Assembly (NCBI RefSeq): GCF_035084215.1
Contig: NC_090327.1
Span: 141,546,001 to 141,610,000, forward strand
Direction: 5' to 3'
Length of the DNA: 64,000 nucleotides
Source: Heptranchias perlo
Lineage: Eukaryota
A model generated the notes under the pieces. That model ran no database searches and was not told the origin of the DNA. It saw only the letters and a list, made by a program, of their open reading frames with translations. How positions within the stretch are numbered: position 1 is the stretch's first letter; each line of letters starts with the position of its first letter. A program made the translations under genes and the position numbers. Positions 35,801 to 50,100 of this stretch are shown in pieces.

Positions 35801-37250
35801 CTAACCGTCCCAGTACTTGATTGTCACTCACACTTTTTTCCAGGTCTATCTCATTACTTGGGCCCTGCTCTGCAAGTGATGGAGGGGGACCACCGTACAG
35901 ACGATGTTTCGTCACCAAGTCCATCCTTCCAATGCACAGCACAGGAATCAGCATGTGCGGTGGGAGAGATGTTCAGTTCGAAGGATCGACACAGGGTGAA
36001 TCATTCACCAATAGAGAGCAGGAGCTGGCCATTTAGGAAAGGACAGTGCCGGAGATGGATGACCAAAGGGCCAGTTCAGATTCTAGCTGTGCCGAAGAAG
36101 ACAAAGATGGAGATTTCAACGGCCCAGCCTTTAAATGGAAGATCTTCCATGTGCATCATCAATTGCTCGAGTCATTGGACAGCCTGTCTGGGAGCTGCCT
36201 CACCCTGTCTGAAAGTATGGAAGAGTCCGCTTCCATATTGCTGGGCGTTCTGCCTCAAGGCCTCACCAATGTGCATTCTACCATGGAGCGTGTGGGCAGC
36301 ACTCCGGACACTGCAATCAGGGCCTCTGTTCAGGAGCCTGTGGCACCAGCACTGGCATCATTGATGGAGGCTCAGACTGCTGCCATTCAGGCCCTGGCCC
36401 GTACCATCTCATCCGGCTTGGAAAGGCTGGGGTGATGTATTGATAGGGGCTTCAGTCATGTCTCAGACCTCCTACAATCTGCTCTCCCACAGCTGAGTGA
36501 CAGCGCCGAGTCACGGCCAGGTGGCAGTGGCACAGCGGGAGTGGCACATGCTGCCCTCTCTCAGCACGACAACACATCTGCTCCGTCCCAACCCCCTCAA
36601 ACTCCGACTGCTCCAGGGCCAGGAAGCCAGCAAGACCCGACAGCCCAGGTGCCAAGAAGTCGACTAGAGCAGTCTGCCCAGGGGCCAAGAAGCGGCTCGA
36701 CCAGATTGCCCCGGAGCCAGGAAGCGGCTCGACCAGATTGCTCCGGAGCCAGGAAGCGGCTCGACCAGATTGCTCCGGGGCCAGGAAGTCGACTGAACCA
36801 GATTGCCCCGGGGCCAAGAAGCGGCTAGACCAGATTGCCCCGGAGCCAGGAAGTCGACTGAACCAGTCTGCTCCGGGGCCAAGAAGCGGCTCGACCAGTC
36901 TGCCTCGAGTTCAAGAAGTCGACGAGACCAGACTGCCCCGGGGCCAGGAAGCGGTTAGACCAGTCTGCCCCGGGGCCAAGAAGTCGCCAAAACAAGGCTG
37001 CTCAGGGGCCAGGAAGCCGGCTAGACCAGACTGCCCAGAGGCCAGGACGACGGCTGGACCAGACTGGTCCCAAGGCCAGCAAGCCAGTTTGACCAGACTG
37101 CCCCGCGCCAGGAAGCCGTCTAGATCAGACTGGTTTGTTGGCTCGTGGGATTTTTGTAATTGCTCTGATCCGGACTGAACCGATCCTACAGAAACCGAGG
37201 GCAGCAGAGGGAGTCGGTGCGACTGGAGAGAGAATGGGGAACTCATTTCT
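32833..37250 (+). mobile_element. Harbinger Myb/SANT remnant with nested DeuSINEs, CR1 (34061-35390, minus) and 32-bp repeat (36605-37125), copy B
   Basis: Paralog of 539-4960. Confidence 0.62.
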
Positions 37251-38535
37251 GACCCAGGAACAGGTCAGGGATTGTAAAATAGATGGGACTCCACCAGTGC
37301 CTAACGCTGTAATCCAGACTGACTTTACAATCTGTAACTATTAAATCAGATGTTTCCATCCCTGCTGTTTCTCTCGGTATCTTTTGATGATAAAGTGGGC
37401 GGCTGTAAAATGAGCCAATGGGTTCTGTTCATTAATGGCACCTTTACTGATAAACTGAACGTGTGACTCCGAAATGGAGAGGGGTGTTCTCAACCCAATC
37501 CCGGAGAAACGTTGGGAAGTGGAGTCGGGTGTGTTTACTAGGACAGTGTAGGATTAATATCAGACAGCAACAGTCCCAGATTAATTTAATCAGAGTGAAA
37601 CACTCAATCACAGATTAAGATCGAACGGTTTTTAGCTGTATGAGCGTAGTGTGATGGACACTGGCCGTTCTACCATTGATGTCCGAGGCACTAACAGTGC
37701 ATTTAACTAACTCCAGCACTGAGGGTGAGCCTCAATCGGTGGGATGTAAAACCCAGGGTGGATGTAATGCTCACGCGGATCAAATGAAGTTTCAGTTCAT
37801 TGTCACTCTCCAGCTGTACTCACAGAGACTGTTTCACTGGAACTCGCAATAATAGATCCAAAGGCTGATGATTAAAACCTATATTCCATGAGATATTAAA
37901 GCCTGAGAAATCCGTTTAAAGTGTTTGGTTCTTTCACTCAGCGCCAGAATCAGAAGCAGTGGGACACATTAGTGTCACATTCACTGCGGTACTCGGAACT
38001 GACACAGGAACAGGCTCAGGGACAGAATAAATCCCTCACTCACATCCAATAACAGACACATTTCACTCACCCTGATTCAGCAATCGCTGAGACAACCAGC
38101 TTCTGTTATACAAATCTGGGTAACAGAAGACACACCGAGTGAGTGTTGTCCGATGATGTTACTGTAAATAACACTAACGAAAATGGCCAGAACACAATAG
38201 AAAGCATCTTATAGACGATGGTCAAACGTCCCTGGTATTTCTGTATCCCACCCGCCCAGTTCACTGACAATTATGATTATTTTGGCCTCATTTCCTGTAA
38301 AAGCTGCAAATTTCAAACTATTGGAGGTTGGCGACATCTAGTGTCAGGAAACGAGTACTGTAACAGACCGATATGGATTAGTCATGTTTAACAAGGTATT
38401 TATTGTTCGTTTCGAACTGACGGGAGGCAGTTAGTTCCAGAATTGGAATCAGGTCTTCTGAGTCACAGGGGCATGAAATCGAGACAGGGAGAGTGAAATG
38501 TCCAGATCTGAAACATGTCGTCTTATTGTCAAATT

Positions 38536-38577
38536 GAAGCCCTTTCATAGATACAGTGGGTGGCCCTAAAAAGAGCC
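38536..38577 (-). terminator. Histone stem-loop and HDE, H2A pseudogene copy B
   Basis: GGCTCTTTTTAGGGCC-ACCCA. Confidence 0.87.
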
Positions 38578-38602
38578 TGTGTGTTATCAGATTTTGGTCG
38601 CT

Positions 38603-38942
38603 TTACTTGCTCTTGGAGCTCAGTGCTGGACTTCTTCGGCAGCAGCACGACCTGGATATTCAGCAGCACCCCTCCCAGCAGCTTGTTGAGCTCCTCGTCG
38701 TTGCGGACGGCCAGCTGCAGGTGTCTGGGAATGATGCGGGTCTTCTTGTCGCGGGCCGCGTTACCGACCAACTCGAGGATTTCAGCCGTTCGATACTCGA
38801 GCACAGCACCCACACATTCAGCATCGTTATCCTTTCGCAGGAGGCTGTGAACACGGCCCACAGAGAACTGCAGTCCGGCCCGGAATGAGCGAGACTTGGC
38901 CTTGGCCCGAGCTTTACCGCCGGTTTTTCCTCTTCCAAACAT
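38603..38942 (-). pseudogene. H2A: Histone H2A pseudogene, copy B
   Basis: Same three deletions and frameshift as 6308-6647, with different missense changes. Confidence 0.88.
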
Positions 38943-39924
38943 TTGCACAAACACCACGAACACTTTTACAAAGAATGAAAAAAAATCGTCCGCACTCGCC
39001 CTTCTTATACCTTCTGGAGGAATACAGTGGGAGCAATTGTGATTGGCCCATCTGTTTTCAATTTCATTGGGCCCTTCGTTCAACCAGAGAGCTGTTGAAT
39101 TCGCCAATCCATCGACGACAATGAGAAAAGGGCGGAAATACTGGCCCCAATTATCAGACCTGAAACGGTTTTTGAAATCTAAAAAGCCCGCCAATATATT
39201 TGTAACACAAGAAGCAGATTTAGTAAATAATGTCGCGTTAATGCAAAGGTTTAAAAATCTCTCTCCTTTTAATCTGTTATTCCACATTTCCTGTCACAAC
39301 TTTGATACTCTTTCACAACCTGGTTAAAATTCGGCATCATTCTCCCTTTGCTTTCAATCGGGCGGGAATAAAGCCCCAATTAGTAGAGGGTCAGATTCCT
39401 GATATATCTTTGTAAAAAAAATAAACACAGATAGTGGATTGATCCCAGTTCACAGGAATTGCTGCGGGTTTTAAGTCGGAGCCGAGACTCCAGGTGTAAT
39501 AGTCGAACAGAGACAGTCTTTAAACTATTCTGTTCTCGTTATGAACTCACTTTCGGTGTTGCTATATTACACAGGGTTGCGGTTCATAAACTGATATTCC
39601 TGAATAATGAACAAACAAACGTGAAAAGGAGAAAGAAATGACTGATGTCTAATCCACCGCCCATAAGGCGGCTCTGAAGGCGCAGATGCGGAGGATGGGC
39701 GCAATACGAACGGGAATGAGAGGATCAGGGCCACGTCTTTGTTATTGGGACTCAATTGAACAGCGACACATACATTAAACCAGACAGTGATTATGAGAAT
39801 CTTCCATATATCAACACCAATGACAAAAGCACGAGGGTTGTAATAAGACAGTTAGTATCAAACTATCTAAAGCAAAATGTTTCCATACAGATATCGATAC
39901 AGCGTCTTCAGAGAGACTGTGGGT

Positions 39925-39940
39925 GGCTCTTAAAAGAGCC
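39925..39940 (-). terminator. Histone stem-loop of H2B copy B
   Basis: GGCTCTTTTAAGAGCC. Confidence 0.92.
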
Positions 39941-39977
39941 TTTGTGTTCAGGGTTTTTATCAGTTGATGGTGGAGTT

Positions 39978-40352
39978 TTACTTGGAGCTGGTGTACTTGG
40001 TCACCGCCTTTGTCCCTTCCGACACGGCGTGCTTGGCCAGTTCTCCGGGCAGCAGCAGGCGCACGGCCGTCTGGATCTCCCGGGAACTGATGGTGTGGCG
40101 TTTATTATAATGGGCCAGGCGGGAAGCCTCACCCGCGATACGCTCGAAAATATCGTTCACAAAGGAGTTCATGATGCTCATGGCCTTGGAGGAGATGCCG
40201 GTGTCGGGGTGAACCTGCTTCATCACTTTGTAGATGTAGATGCCATAACTCTCCTTCCTCGACTTTCTCCGCTTCTTGCCGCCCTTGGCTGGTGCTTTAT
40301 TCAGGGTTTTCTTGGCGCCCTTCTTGGGAGCTGCTTTCTTGTCCTCAGGCAT
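39978..40352 (-). CDS. H2B: Histone H2B, copy B, intact
   Basis: Protein identical to 7682-8056; stem-loop and promoter (40407-40561) retained. Confidence 0.97.
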   Translation of the reverse strand: MPEDKKAAPKKGAKKTLNKAPAKGGKKRRKSRKESYGIYIYKVMKQVHPDTGISSKAMSIMNSFVNDIFERIAGEASRLAHYNKRHTISSREIQTAVRLLLPGELAKHAVSEGTKAVTKYTSSK

Positions 40353-40847
40353 TTTCCAAACTCAATTTCAGATCCAGAAATGAACCAAATCCGCTCCGAG
40401 CTCGGATTAAATAGGCTGACGTCATCGCCCCATGCTAATGAGGGATGGGTGAAGGCAATGATTGTGATTGGACGAGCGCGAGTGACGTCACAATACTGTT
40501 TCATTAAACGGTCCGATTGGTTTCTGACGATATCCAATCAGATTTAGTACCTGCCGCCAATCACAAACACGCTCACGCTGCACATTGTCCGGTTTGAGCA
40601 ATTTGTTCTGAACTGTTGCAGTTCTGCTTCAGGCCAGTAGATGTCCCCAAACCCCGGGACACTGAAGTTTGCAGATGAGGGAGGGACAGAAGAGAAACGA
40701 ATTCTTCACATGATATTGCACGAGTGGGATTAGAAAAAAATGCGAATGGAGACGAGCTGCAAGTACATTTTGTTAGACCAAGCATTAGTTGTAACATTGT
40801 TTAAAATTCTAGTAATTGATTTAGGGTATATAGTCAATACGGAGGAA

Positions 40848-41534
40848 TGTAAGGAATCTTACAACACCCAACTGGGAGCATCCTTTCCTGCCCAGGAGCA
40901 TGGTACATTGGCGAGACCATGCAGACACTGCGACAACAGATGAACGGACACCGCGCAACAATCACCAGACAGGAGGGTTCCCTCCCAGTCGGGGAACACT
41001 TCAGCAGTCAAGGACATTCAGCCACCGATCTTCGGGTAGGCGTTATCCAAGACGGTCTTCGAGACACACGACAACGCAAAATCATCGAGCAGAAATTGAT
41101 AGCCAAGTTCCACACCCATGAGGACGGCCTCAACCGGGTACTTGGGTTCATGTCACGCTACACGTAACCCCACCAGCAGGAAAAAAAAAGTCATCTGTTT
41201 TTAATACAACTGGACATTCTCTCTCTCTCTCAGCCTTTCGGGTCTCTTTCTCTCTTTGTCTGTGTAATCTGACCCATTGTGTAATCAGTATACTGGGATG
41301 TACTGTTTTCCGTGGCTAACCTGTCTGAACACCAACGACACATTTGATTGGTGTGATCGTGTCCCAGCGTAATATAAGATATGCGATTTGAGAACCTTTC
41401 ACTCACTCACCTGACGAAGGAGATAATCTCCGAAAGCTTGTGATTTTCAAATAAAACTGTTGGACTATAACCTGGTGTTGTAAGATTCCTTACATTTGTC
41501 CACCCCAGTCCATCACCGGCATCTCCACATCATG
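40848..41534 (+). mobile_element. Penelope-like remnant, copy B (inverted arm deleted)
   Basis: GIY-YIG C-terminus at 40919-41167; only ~20 bp of the inverted arm remain. Confidence 0.86.
41407..41443 (+). ncRNA. Minimal hammerhead ribozyme motif
   Basis: Identical to 9664-9700. Confidence 0.7.
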
Positions 41535-41971
41535 AATACTGAGGAAGACTGCGACAAAATAAATTTGCAGGATGGCCGTGTAAATGTCCATTGAATTTTA
41601 GTATAGAAAAGTGTGAGGTGGTGCATTTTGCCTTTGATAATATATCTAAGGAGGCCACATACTGCTTGGAAAATAAGAGTCTAAATGGGGTAGAGGAGCA
41701 ATGTAAACCGTGTCCTGAGAAATCAGAGAGAAATACTGTGCAATGTACAGTAAAATATAATGGAGCAAATTCACAACTATCGAATGAGCAAAACATAAAC
41801 TTTATTATGAATCAATTGTCTTTATTTTCACTATCAAAATGTGCAAAAATGCGATTGTAAAAGTTGCAGACAGAAACTTTCCTCACATTGCACATTGTCC
41901 TGTTTCTGTAACCACGACGGATAATGTGAATTTGTTCCGCTCTTTTACAGTTCTCGCTAACGTCCAGTTGA

Positions 41972-44835
41972 AGTCAGTCTCTGGTACTGTGTATGAAAGT
42001 GGGGTTTATTCTGTATCTGTCAGTCTCTGGTACCATGTCTGAGTTTGGGATTCATCCTGTATCTGTAAGTCTCTGGTGCTGCATCTGAGTGTGGGATTCA
42101 TTCTGTATCTGCCATTCTCTGCTACTTTATCTCAGTGTGGGATTCATTCTGTAATTAAGTCTCTGAGACAGTGTGAAAGGCTGGATTCATTCTGTATTTT
42201 TATTTCAGTTTACAGTATCGTATTTGAAACTGTATCTTTAATATTTTAACGTATATACAGTTTTTCGTCGAGTATTTAATTTGTAAATATGGATACACTT
42301 TTCGATTTTCTTTAATCAAACAACGTGTGAGTTTTGGAGTAGTATTACATCTTAATCGCTGAACTCTATTGTGAATGACAGTACCTTTCAATCTGTTCGC
42401 GGTGAAATTTTTGGACTGGTTCGCAATATGTAGCTCAGTCTGCACTATTGGAATTGATAATGTATCTATCAGTCTGATACTTAATGAGATTTTTGGAATA
42501 ATATGTAATGTGTAGCTCACTGTGCTCTAATGGAATTGATACTGTATCTATCAGTCTGACATGGTATGAGATTTTTGGATTGGAATGTGATGTGTAGCTC
42601 AGGCTGTGCTAATACTGTATCTTCCATTATGATCATTTATGAGATTTTTGGACTGGTGTGTAACATGTAGCTCAGTCTGTACTAATGGAATTGGTATTGT
42701 GTCATTGAGTCTTTTTTCGTATGAGATTGTTGGACTGCTATATAATGTGTGGCTCAGTCTGCACTAATGGAATTGATACTGTATCTCTCAGACTAACATT
42801 GTATGAGATATTCGGACTGGTATGTAATGTGTAACACAGTCTGTGCAAATAGAATTGCTACTGTATCTTCCAGTCTGATCATTTATGAGATTTTTGGACT
42901 CGTATGAATGGTGTAGCTCAGTCTGTACCAATAGAATTGATACTAAATATTTCAGTATTATACGATATGAATATTTAGGAATGTAAACAATGTGTAGCTC
43001 AGTCTGCACTAATGGAATTGATATTGTATCATTCAATCTGATGCCATGAGATTTTTGGACTATTATGTAATGTGTAACACTGTCTGCAGTAATGTGACTG
43101 TGAGATTCATTATGTATCTGTCTGACTGTGGTACTGTGTGATTCATTCTGTATCTGTCAGTATGTGGTACTGTGTGTGGGTGTGGGATTCATTCTGTATC
43201 TGTCAGTCTCTGGTACTGTGTGTGAGTGTGGGATTCATTCTGTTCCTGTCAGTCTCTGGCACCGTGTGTAAATTTGAGATTTATTCTTTATCTGTCAGTC
43301 CCTGGTACTGTGGGTGAGTGAGGGATTAATTCTGTTCCTGTCAGTCCCTGTTGCTGTACGTGAGTGAGACATTCATTCCATATGTATCGATCTTCAATCT
43401 CTGATGTATGTGAGTGATATAAATTCTGTATCTGTCAGTCACTGGTACATTGTTTAAGTGTGTGATTCATTCTCAATCTGTCAGTCACAGGTACATTGTG
43501 TGAGTGTGGGATTCATTCTGTATCTGTCAGTCACTGGTATATTGTGTGACTGTGGGATTCATTCTGTATCTGTCAGTCACTGGTACATTGTGTGAGTGTG
43601 GGATTCATTCTATATGTCAGACTCTGGCACTCTGAGTGGAGAGATTCATTCTTTATCTCTATGTAATTTGTACCTCTGTTTACAGTACGGCATTCAAAAC
43701 TGTATCTTTAATTCCTTAATGTATGAATAATTTTTCCCTGTGTTTAATTGGTAATGATATACTTGAAAATGTAATGCTGTAGTTTATAATCAGAGAACAT
43801 GTGCACTTTTGGAGTACTATTAAATCTGTATCTTAGTGAACCCAACTGTCATGACGACATTTTTGAACTTGTATTTGGAGTGTAGCTCAGTCTGCATGAA
43901 TGGAATACTGCATATTTCAGTCTGAATCTGTATCAGTTTTTTGTAGTAGTATATAATGTGTAGCTCAGTCTGCATTAATGGACTTCATACTGTATCTTTA
44001 AATCTGACAGGATGAGATTTTTGGACTGCTACGTAATGTGTAACTCAGCCAGCATTAATGTAGGTGACTGTGAGATTCATTTTGTATCTCTCAGTCTCTG
44101 GTACTGCGTTTAAATGTGGGATTCATTCTGTATCTGTCAGACTCTGGTATTGTGTGTGAGCGTGGGATTCATTCTGTATCTTGTCAGTAGTGTGTGTGCG
44201 AGTTTGCGATTCATTCTATATAGGCAGTCTCTGACACTGTGAGTGTAGGTTTTTTATGTGTCTGTTCGTCACTAACACTGTATATGGGTGTTGAATTCAT
44301 TCTATATATGCAGTTTCTCGTACTGTTATTGTGGGATTCATTCTGTATCTGTCAGACTCTTATACTGTATGAGTGTGGGATTCATTCTATATCTGTCACT
44401 CTCTGGTACTCCATGTGAGTGTGGGATTCATTCCATATCATTCAGTATTTAATAGTGTGTGGGTGTTGAATTCATTCTATATATGCAGTTTCTCATACTG
44501 ATAGGGTAGTATTCATTCTGTATCTGTCAGTCTCTGGTACTGTGTTAGTGTGGGCTTCATACTTTACCTTTCATCTCTGATACTTTATGAGACTGTGGGT
44601 TTTAATCAGTATGTGTCACTCCTTGTTACTATATGTCAGTGTGGGATTCATGCTGTATTTGTCATCTCTGGTACCATACGTGAATGTGGGATTCACTCTG
44701 CGTCTGTCAGTCTCTAGTACTGTATGAGAGTTTGGGATTCCTTCTGCATCTGTCAGTTTCTGGTACGGTATGTGATTGTGGAATTCATTCAGTGTCTGTG
44801 TGTCTCTGGTACTGTATCTGAGTGTGAGATTCATT
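41972..44835 (-). repeat. Alternating 46-bp and ~82-bp satellite blocks, copy B
   Basis: Paralog of 10228-17925 without the CR1. Confidence 0.85.
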
Positions 44836-45571
44836 GTATGTAATTATTCTCTCAGACTACATTATGGCACTCAATACTGTAGCTTTAATATCTGAACATT
44901 TAAATTGTTTTTCTCAATATTTAATAGGTAAATATGGATACACATTAGGATTTGAAGCTGTAGGTTTTAATCAGGTAATTTCTGTGTTTTTTGGACTAGT
45001 ATTAAATCTGTACCTCTGTGAATACTATTGTGAATGATAATATATCTTTCAAACTAGGGTAATATTTTTGAATTGATCAAAAATGTGTAGCTCAATCTTT
45101 ACAAATGGAATTGATACTGTATCTTTCAATCCAATATTGTATGAGACTTTTGTCTGGTATTTAATGTATATCTCAGTCTGTTCTAATAGAACTGATATTC
45201 TATCTTACAATCTCATGCTATGAGTGCATTCGAAATTGGTATCAAATTTGTTTCTCAGGTTACACTGTCTTTCAGCATTTCTCAATTTGATACTCTGCAT
45301 GAATTTTTGTCTTGTGCAATGGCATTCAAATTGCATACACTATTCAGATCGATACTGCATGTATTAAACTCACATGTTTGAGAGTTTTGGGCTAGCATTC
45401 AATTGGAATCTCCAGGTACATTATTGGGATTCATTCTATACCTTTCAATCAGGTGCCATGTGTGATTTATATCAGGTATTTAATTCGTAGCTAAAGTTGC
45501 CCTATTGTGAGATTGACACAGTGTCTTTCAACATGAAAGCGTGATTTTGGAATGGGATTTTTTTTATCTAC

Positions 45572-46792
45572 CTGTCAGCAGTACTGAGTTGGGATGAACT
45601 GGAAACAGTGTCTGCCTCACCTGCTCTGCTTGACCATTGGATTGAAAATGTGTCTCTGGAATTTGGGATCAGCGTGGGACTGACTACTTCTGCTGTCTGA
45701 GACTGTGGAACTGATGACCTGTCTGTGTCTCCGTGCTCTGTGGGTGATAATGTACCTACTGTGTGTGAGGAGGAGCTGGCTGCACTGTTCCTTGTGCCTC
45801 AGGTGGAGGAAACTTCACATTTATTCTGGGTCATTCAAGGATTTGCCTGCAGGGAGAAAAGTATCTCTTGTAACTCAAGAACAGGTGAGGTAGAAAATAC
45901 AAAAGTGATCAGTTTAATATCTATTAATAATCATTTTTCATATTCACAAATGAAAACCAGCGATACAGTGTCAGTGTCTGACTCCACTGCTGTACTGCAG
46001 CACTCAGCTTCTGCATACCAGGTGTGCTGGGCTGTTTTACAACAATGTAGTGACATCCAGACACAAGCAACCCCCTGTCCTGGTCCATAAATGGGACGAC
46101 CCGATGGGGCAGTGACCTTTGTGCATTTCAGGTTTCTAATCCCCTCTCCAATTGGACTAACCGTTCAACCAAAACCAAACAGCCGCTGTTTAAAATGTGT
46201 CCTTCACACTTCTCACCTGATGCCTGCAATAGATGCTCTTTGTATAACTCCCCACATCCTTACTGTCCGGCTCTGTTTCCACTGTTCACTGTCCAATAAC
46301 AACAAACAGGGTGAGACTGGACCTAAACCAGGAACATTCACTACTGGTTTGGGGAGAGAAAGCAGCAATGATTTTAAATAGCAGGTTCTTCCCATTCTGT
46401 CTCCCTTCCCCTGGACACACCCTGTACACACACAGCCCCAGAATGGTCTCTCCCTTCCCCGCTCACTCCATGTTCCGGGACCAGTTCCTGATCCACTCCG
46501 CCTCTTACAAACAGCCCCCGGACTCCCCCTGAACTTACCCCGGTCTCAATGCCGATCTCTGAGCCCATCTGCGGACACGGTCCCGGAGCGATGAGCTGCT
46601 GTAACGAGGCTGCTGTTTGCTCCCTTACCCCGGGGCCGTGATCTCTCCATTCCCGCCTGTTTTAAACCATCTTCTTCCACTCACTGAGGGAATGGCCCCA
46701 CAGGCCGAGCAGGGGGAGGGGAGCGCGCATGCGCTCTTCTGTTCACTTATAATGAGCGCTGGGGGCGGGGCTGAAGGACGCATGCGCAGATA
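45572..46792 (-). pseudogene. Promoter plus three-exon module, copy B
   Basis: Paralog of 18660-19870. Confidence 0.5.
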
Positions 46793-47439
46793 TCAGGTTT
46801 AATTCAGAATACAAAAATCGATGGAAACTTTCCCCAGTTGGAATTTTTCAGTCTGAGCAAAGGAAGTGGGTCTGGGGGAAAGGTCAGAGGGAATGGCGGG
46901 TGGAGAATGCTGGAGATGGAGCTGGAAGATCAGAGGCCGCTCTCCGCTCTGTCCGTCACTCTGACTCCTCCCTTCCTGCTCTCCCTGATTCTTCTCCCAT
47001 CTGGAACCAAAGCGGGCAGGTGGACTTTAAATACGGTTTACTTGTTAACAAGACGAAAGGCGAGTAATATTTCTGATCTCCTGGGCATCAGGCAATTTAC
47101 TGTTACTTGTTTCTGTACAGAGTTACTTTTCAGTGATTCCCCAGTGTGTTTGATGCATTATATAAATAATCCAACAAAATTCAACAGAAATGGAGCAAAG
47201 CGCTGAATTCCACAGATGTATAAAGGTTAGTCGAGCAGTTATCGAGATGCTTTGAGAGCCCAACATGGTAAGTAGTGTAAATAAATACAATGAATGTGGT
47301 AACGTGTGGACTGGGGTGCATAAGTTACTGTTTAAAGTAGCGGTCTGTGGTCGCTGCCCGACTCCAGTCCCATTAATACCCCCTCGTCTGCAACAAGCCA
47401 AAGAAAGGCAGCTTAAAGCAATACTGTGGCCTAAAAAAT

Positions 47440-48070
47440 GTTCTATACAAGTTTAACATAACTTCTTTGCTTTTCAATTCTATCCCTCTAGAAATGAACC
47501 GCAGTGCATGATTTGCCTTTTTATGGCCTTGTTAACCTGCGTCGCTACTTTCAGTGGTTTGTGTATCTTTACCCCTAGATCCCTTTGCTCTTCTATCCCG
47601 TTTCGACTCTTATTATCCAAGCAGTAAGTGATCTTCTTATTCTGTAAGTTTATTAATATCCTCTTGCATTTTGACACATTCTTCCTTTCTATTAACTACA
47701 CCGCCCAATGTGGTGTCGTAAGCTAATTTTGAAATTGTATTTCCGATTCACGGATGCAAACCGTTAATGTAAACTGTGAACAACAGTGGTCCCAGCAACA
47801 TTTCCTGTGGAACACCACTTCCCAGTCCTTTCCAGTCTGAGTAACTACCATTAACCCCTATTCTCTGTTTCCTGTTTTGGAGCCAGCTTGCTATCCATTC
47901 TGCCACCTGACCCTGACTCCACATGCTTTGAACTTAGCCATCAGTCTAAAATGCGGTACCTTATCGAAGGCCTTGTGAAAATCCAAATATATTACATTTG
48001 CTGCATTAATCTTGTCTACCCTTTCAGTTACTTCATCATTTATTTCAATAAGGTTGGTCCTGTCCTCTTC
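47440..48070 (-). mobile_element. Degenerate CR1 fragment, copy B
   Basis: Paralog of 20510-21145. Confidence 0.75.
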
Positions 48071-48096
48071 CTGTCAGTGATTTGATCTTGGTCGCT

Positions 48097-48484
48097 TTAC
48101 TTGCTCTTGGTGCTCCCAGCGCTTTCCTTCCATAGCAGCACGGCCTGGATATTAGGCAGCACCCCGCCCTGAGCGATGGTCACCCCTCCCAGCAGCTTGT
48201 TGAGCTCCTCGTCGTTGCGGACGGCCAGCTGCAGGTGTCTGGGGATGATGCGGGTCTTTTTCTTGTCGCGGGCCGCGTTACCGACCAGCTCGAGGATTTC
48301 AGCCGTCAGATACTCGAGCACAGCAGCCAGATAGACCGGGGCTCCGGCACCCACACGTTCAGCATAGTTCCCCTTTCGCAGGAGCCTGTAAACACAGCCC
48401 ACAGGGAACTGCAGTCCGGCCCGGGATGAGCGAGACTTGGCCTTGGCCCGAGCTTTACCGCCGTTTTTTTTCTCTTCCAGACAT
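48097..48484 (-). pseudogene. H2A: Histone H2A pseudogene, copy B
   Basis: ATG TCT GGA AGA GAA AAA AAA CGG CGG TAA; additional deletion between the TATA box and the ATG. Confidence 0.9.
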
Positions 48485-48524
48485 TTGCACAATCTCACAA
48501 ACACTTTCTTATACCTTCTGGAGG

Positions 48525-48922
48525 AATGTAAGGAATCTTATAACACCAGGTTATAGTCCAACGGTTTTATTTGAAAATCACAAGCTTTCGGAGATTATCT
48601 CCTTCGTTAGGTGAGTGAGTGAATGAGAGTTTCTCAAATCGCATATCTTATATTCGGCTGGGAATCAAAGGTGTCGTTGGTGTTCAGACAGGTTAGCCAC
48701 GGAAAACAGTATGTCCCAGTATGCTGAATACACAAGGGTGAAATTACACAGGCAAGGAGAGAAAGAGACCCGAAAGGCAGAGGGAGAGAATGTCCAGTTG
48801 TATTAAAAACAGATAACTATTTTTTCCCGCTGGTGGGGTTACGTGGAGCGTGACATGAACCCAAGATCCCGGTTGAGGCCGTCCTCATTGGTGCGGAACT
48901 TGGCTATCAATTTCTGCTCGAC
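48525..48922 (-). mobile_element. Penelope-like 3' fragment, copy B; hammerhead core mutated (CTAACGA, 48578-48614)
   Basis: Paralog of 21638-22035. Confidence 0.85.
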
Positions 48923-49498
48923 TATAAGGTGAAATATGATTGGCTGTTGTGTGATTTCCGTTGATCGTGGGTTGGCGACATCTACTGTGTGGAAACGGGA
49001 ACTGCAACAGAGCGAGAAAGGATCCGTCAGAAATCATGAAGGACAAAATCCAACAGTCTGCTGTGTCTGTTCAGGGTCTGATGTTTGGCAACTATTTTAT
49101 TGTCTGTCGTTAAAGTCGCACGGGCTCGATGGGCCGAATTGCCTCCTCCTGTGCTGTAACCATTCTAAGATTCTATGAAAGCCAGTGGTCAGAATAAGGG
49201 GTCGCCCGTTTAAGATGGAAATGAGGAGGAATTTCTTCTCTCAGAGGGTTGTGAATCTTTGGAATTCTTTACCCCAAAAGCTGTGGAGGCTGAGTCATTG
49301 AATACATTCAAGGCTGAGTTAGACACATTTTTGATCAGCAAGGGAGTCAAAGGATACGGGAAAGGGCGGAAACTGGAGTTGAGGTAAAAATCAGATCAGC
49401 CATGATCTCATTAAATGGATGAGCAGGCTCGAGGGGCCGAATGTCCTACTCCTGCTCCCATCTCTTATGGTCTTATGGTTCAGTTTCTTCGGTAGTGA

Positions 49499-49571
49499 GC
49501 GATGTTGGTATAGTGGTGAGCATAGTTACTTTCCACGCTAATTGATCCAGGTTTGATTCCCAGCCATTGCA
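49499..49571 (+). pseudogene. tRNA-Gly(TCC) pseudogene, copy B
   Basis: Paralog of 22613-22685. Confidence 0.78.
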
Positions 49572-49724
49572 ATTTCATCCGTTTTAATACATTTACTTCA
49601 GAAAGGACAAGATTGAAATCGAATTTGATGCAGTTCAGATGGATTTTGTTTCCAAAACATAAACAGGTAGAATTTATAAAAGAATACTTTCAATCTTCAT
49701 TTCTTTTCCCTATAGAAGGAATGA

Positions 49725-50100
49725 TGACACTAAGTTAGGTGGCACACTATATAGCGTAGATTGGAACAGTGACATCGATAGTTTAAGGGAGTGGGCAAAA
49801 TTGTGGCAGATGGAGTTCAATATAGGAAAGTGTGATGTCATCCATTTTGGACCCAAAAAGATAGATCAGAGTATTTTCTGAATGGCGAGAAGATAGGAAT
49901 TATAGGGGAACAGAGAGATTTCGGGTTCTAAGTACAGAAATCAGTAAAAGCTAACAGATAGGTACAACAAAGTAAGTTAAAATGGTAATGAATTTTGATC
50001 TTTATCTCAAGGGACCTGGAATAAAACGGAGTGGAAGTCATGTCACAGTTATACAGAGATCTGGTTAGTCCCCAGTAGAGTACTGCGTTCAGTTATAGGT
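49725..50100 (+). mobile_element. CR1 RT fragment at the duplication breakpoint
   Basis: gatgacactaag (DDTK) and gagtgggcaaaattgtggcagatggagttcaa (EWAKLWQMEFN). Confidence 0.75.

Larger units (their letters stand above)
32295..49723 (+). repeat. Segmental duplication, copy B
   Basis: Collinear with copy A. Lacks the 5-kb CR1, the 98-bp PLE insertion and a 455-bp PLE arm; has 138 bp (3 x 46) extra satellite. Confidence 0.93.
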
